NCBI GenBank assembly: GCA_001949185.1
Contig: BDGG01000002.1
Location: 2,353,826-2,417,825, forward strand
DNA length: 64,000 nt
Origin: Ramazzottius varieornatus
Taxonomy: Eukaryota > Animalia > Tardigrada
Direction: 5' to 3'
In this document: positions 63,093 through 64,000 of the stretch, piece by piece
Position numbering within the stretch: the stretch's first letter is position 1
Layout: every line of letters begins with the position of its first letter
Translations under genes and position numbers: made by a program
The notes under the pieces: model-generated
The model's input: only the letters and a program-made list of their open reading frames with translations
What the model was told of the DNA's origin: nothing
Databases searched by the model: none

Positions 63093-64000
63093 GCAAAGTG
63101 AAAAAAACAGGTCTGGTCCCCCAGATTTTCGGTCCCTGACGCGCGTTCGATTTCGGGTTTCTTTTTGTGCATGTTATAGAACCTGAGAGATCGTAAGCTA
63201 ACCACGGACCGATCGATGGATCCTTGGATATTGCTATCGGTCCCAGCAGGGTATGGCTAGGTTCGGGCTAGACCTGTACTGTACCAAGTCCAATACTTAA
63301 GTGGGCTAACCGTCATGCTTTGACAACGGTATTACTGCTTACCAGATTCAGCCACTTGATCGTCTTCAGGGAAAGCTGATTAGCCAAGCTTCACGTTGAT
63401 AAGCCTTTTTTGACAATGTTTAATAACAGAGATTATCAAATAAAACTAATGACCATAATAACAGTCCATTTTTACAGAAATGCAGGTAGGTCAGTTGGAC
63501 TCGTTACGGTTTGCGTTTGACTGCTGTCGACAGGCGGGATGCGACGCCATTGCGATCGACAGACCGCACGTGCTGATCGCGTATCATAATTCTCTTCTTA
63601 TCGAGACGTCCATCGGCAACGGGCTCCGCTCCGCCGACCGTTGTGGCATGGGTCCAGTCTCAGTCAAATTTCATCCGTAAATTCTTGAGAAGTTTGAGAA
63701 AGATTCTGAGAGGATTTCTTCTCGAAATCTTCTCAAAAGGGCAAACAGTTTTGTGAAACTTCCATGCTTATCGAAGCGTAGCGAAGCTAGCACTCGATGC
63801 CCCTTGATACTGTCTCCCATTTCATGTCAAAAAAGGGGTGGTTCGGAGCTAAAAATGTTATCCCGTAAATTGGGCTGCCGATACCCATATATCAAAGCAG
63901 CCCTTAAGGGACAGCGCTCGGGGGATACCAAGTCCTTGTAGGATACTTCAAGGCGGAAACAGTACGCACTTTCCGAAGTCACTACAAAGTCCGAGTCCAA

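Noticed and set aside
1-64000. Horizontally acquired bacterial gene, tRNA or rRNA
   Set aside because: All host genes are intron-containing members of animal families, and no RNA-gene signature was recognised by eye.

Overview
This is eukaryotic (animal) DNA with dense genes and mostly 55-90 bp GT-AG introns. The compact structure and gene content suggest a tardigrade such as Ramazzottius, but that is inference. Genes reconstructed by splicing, in order: last exon of a NAP1-family histone chaperone; a multi-EF-hand protein; a pseudogenised ANF-receptor ectodomain gene; XPR1 head-to-head with COX6C; a probably GPI-anchored transferrin that has lost its iron ligands and carries an N/Q/G-rich domain; a Kir channel; a secreted stand-alone I29 cathepsin inhibitor; an animal haem peroxidase; an orphan Cys/Tyr-rich gene; a broken MOXD1-like fragment next to an intact DBH/MOXD1-like monooxygenase with three DOMON domains; a cyclase-less ANF-family receptor; and a CYP2-clan P450. 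Mobile DNA includes an internally deleted pogo-like transposon, two Ngaro/DIRS remnants and several MITEs. The strongest leads are the triple-DOMON monooxygenase, a MITE whose terminal repeat now supplies an exon end and splice donor, the iron-ligand-less transferrin and the orphan Cys/Tyr-rich gene. All exon boundaries were read by eye and no database search was run.
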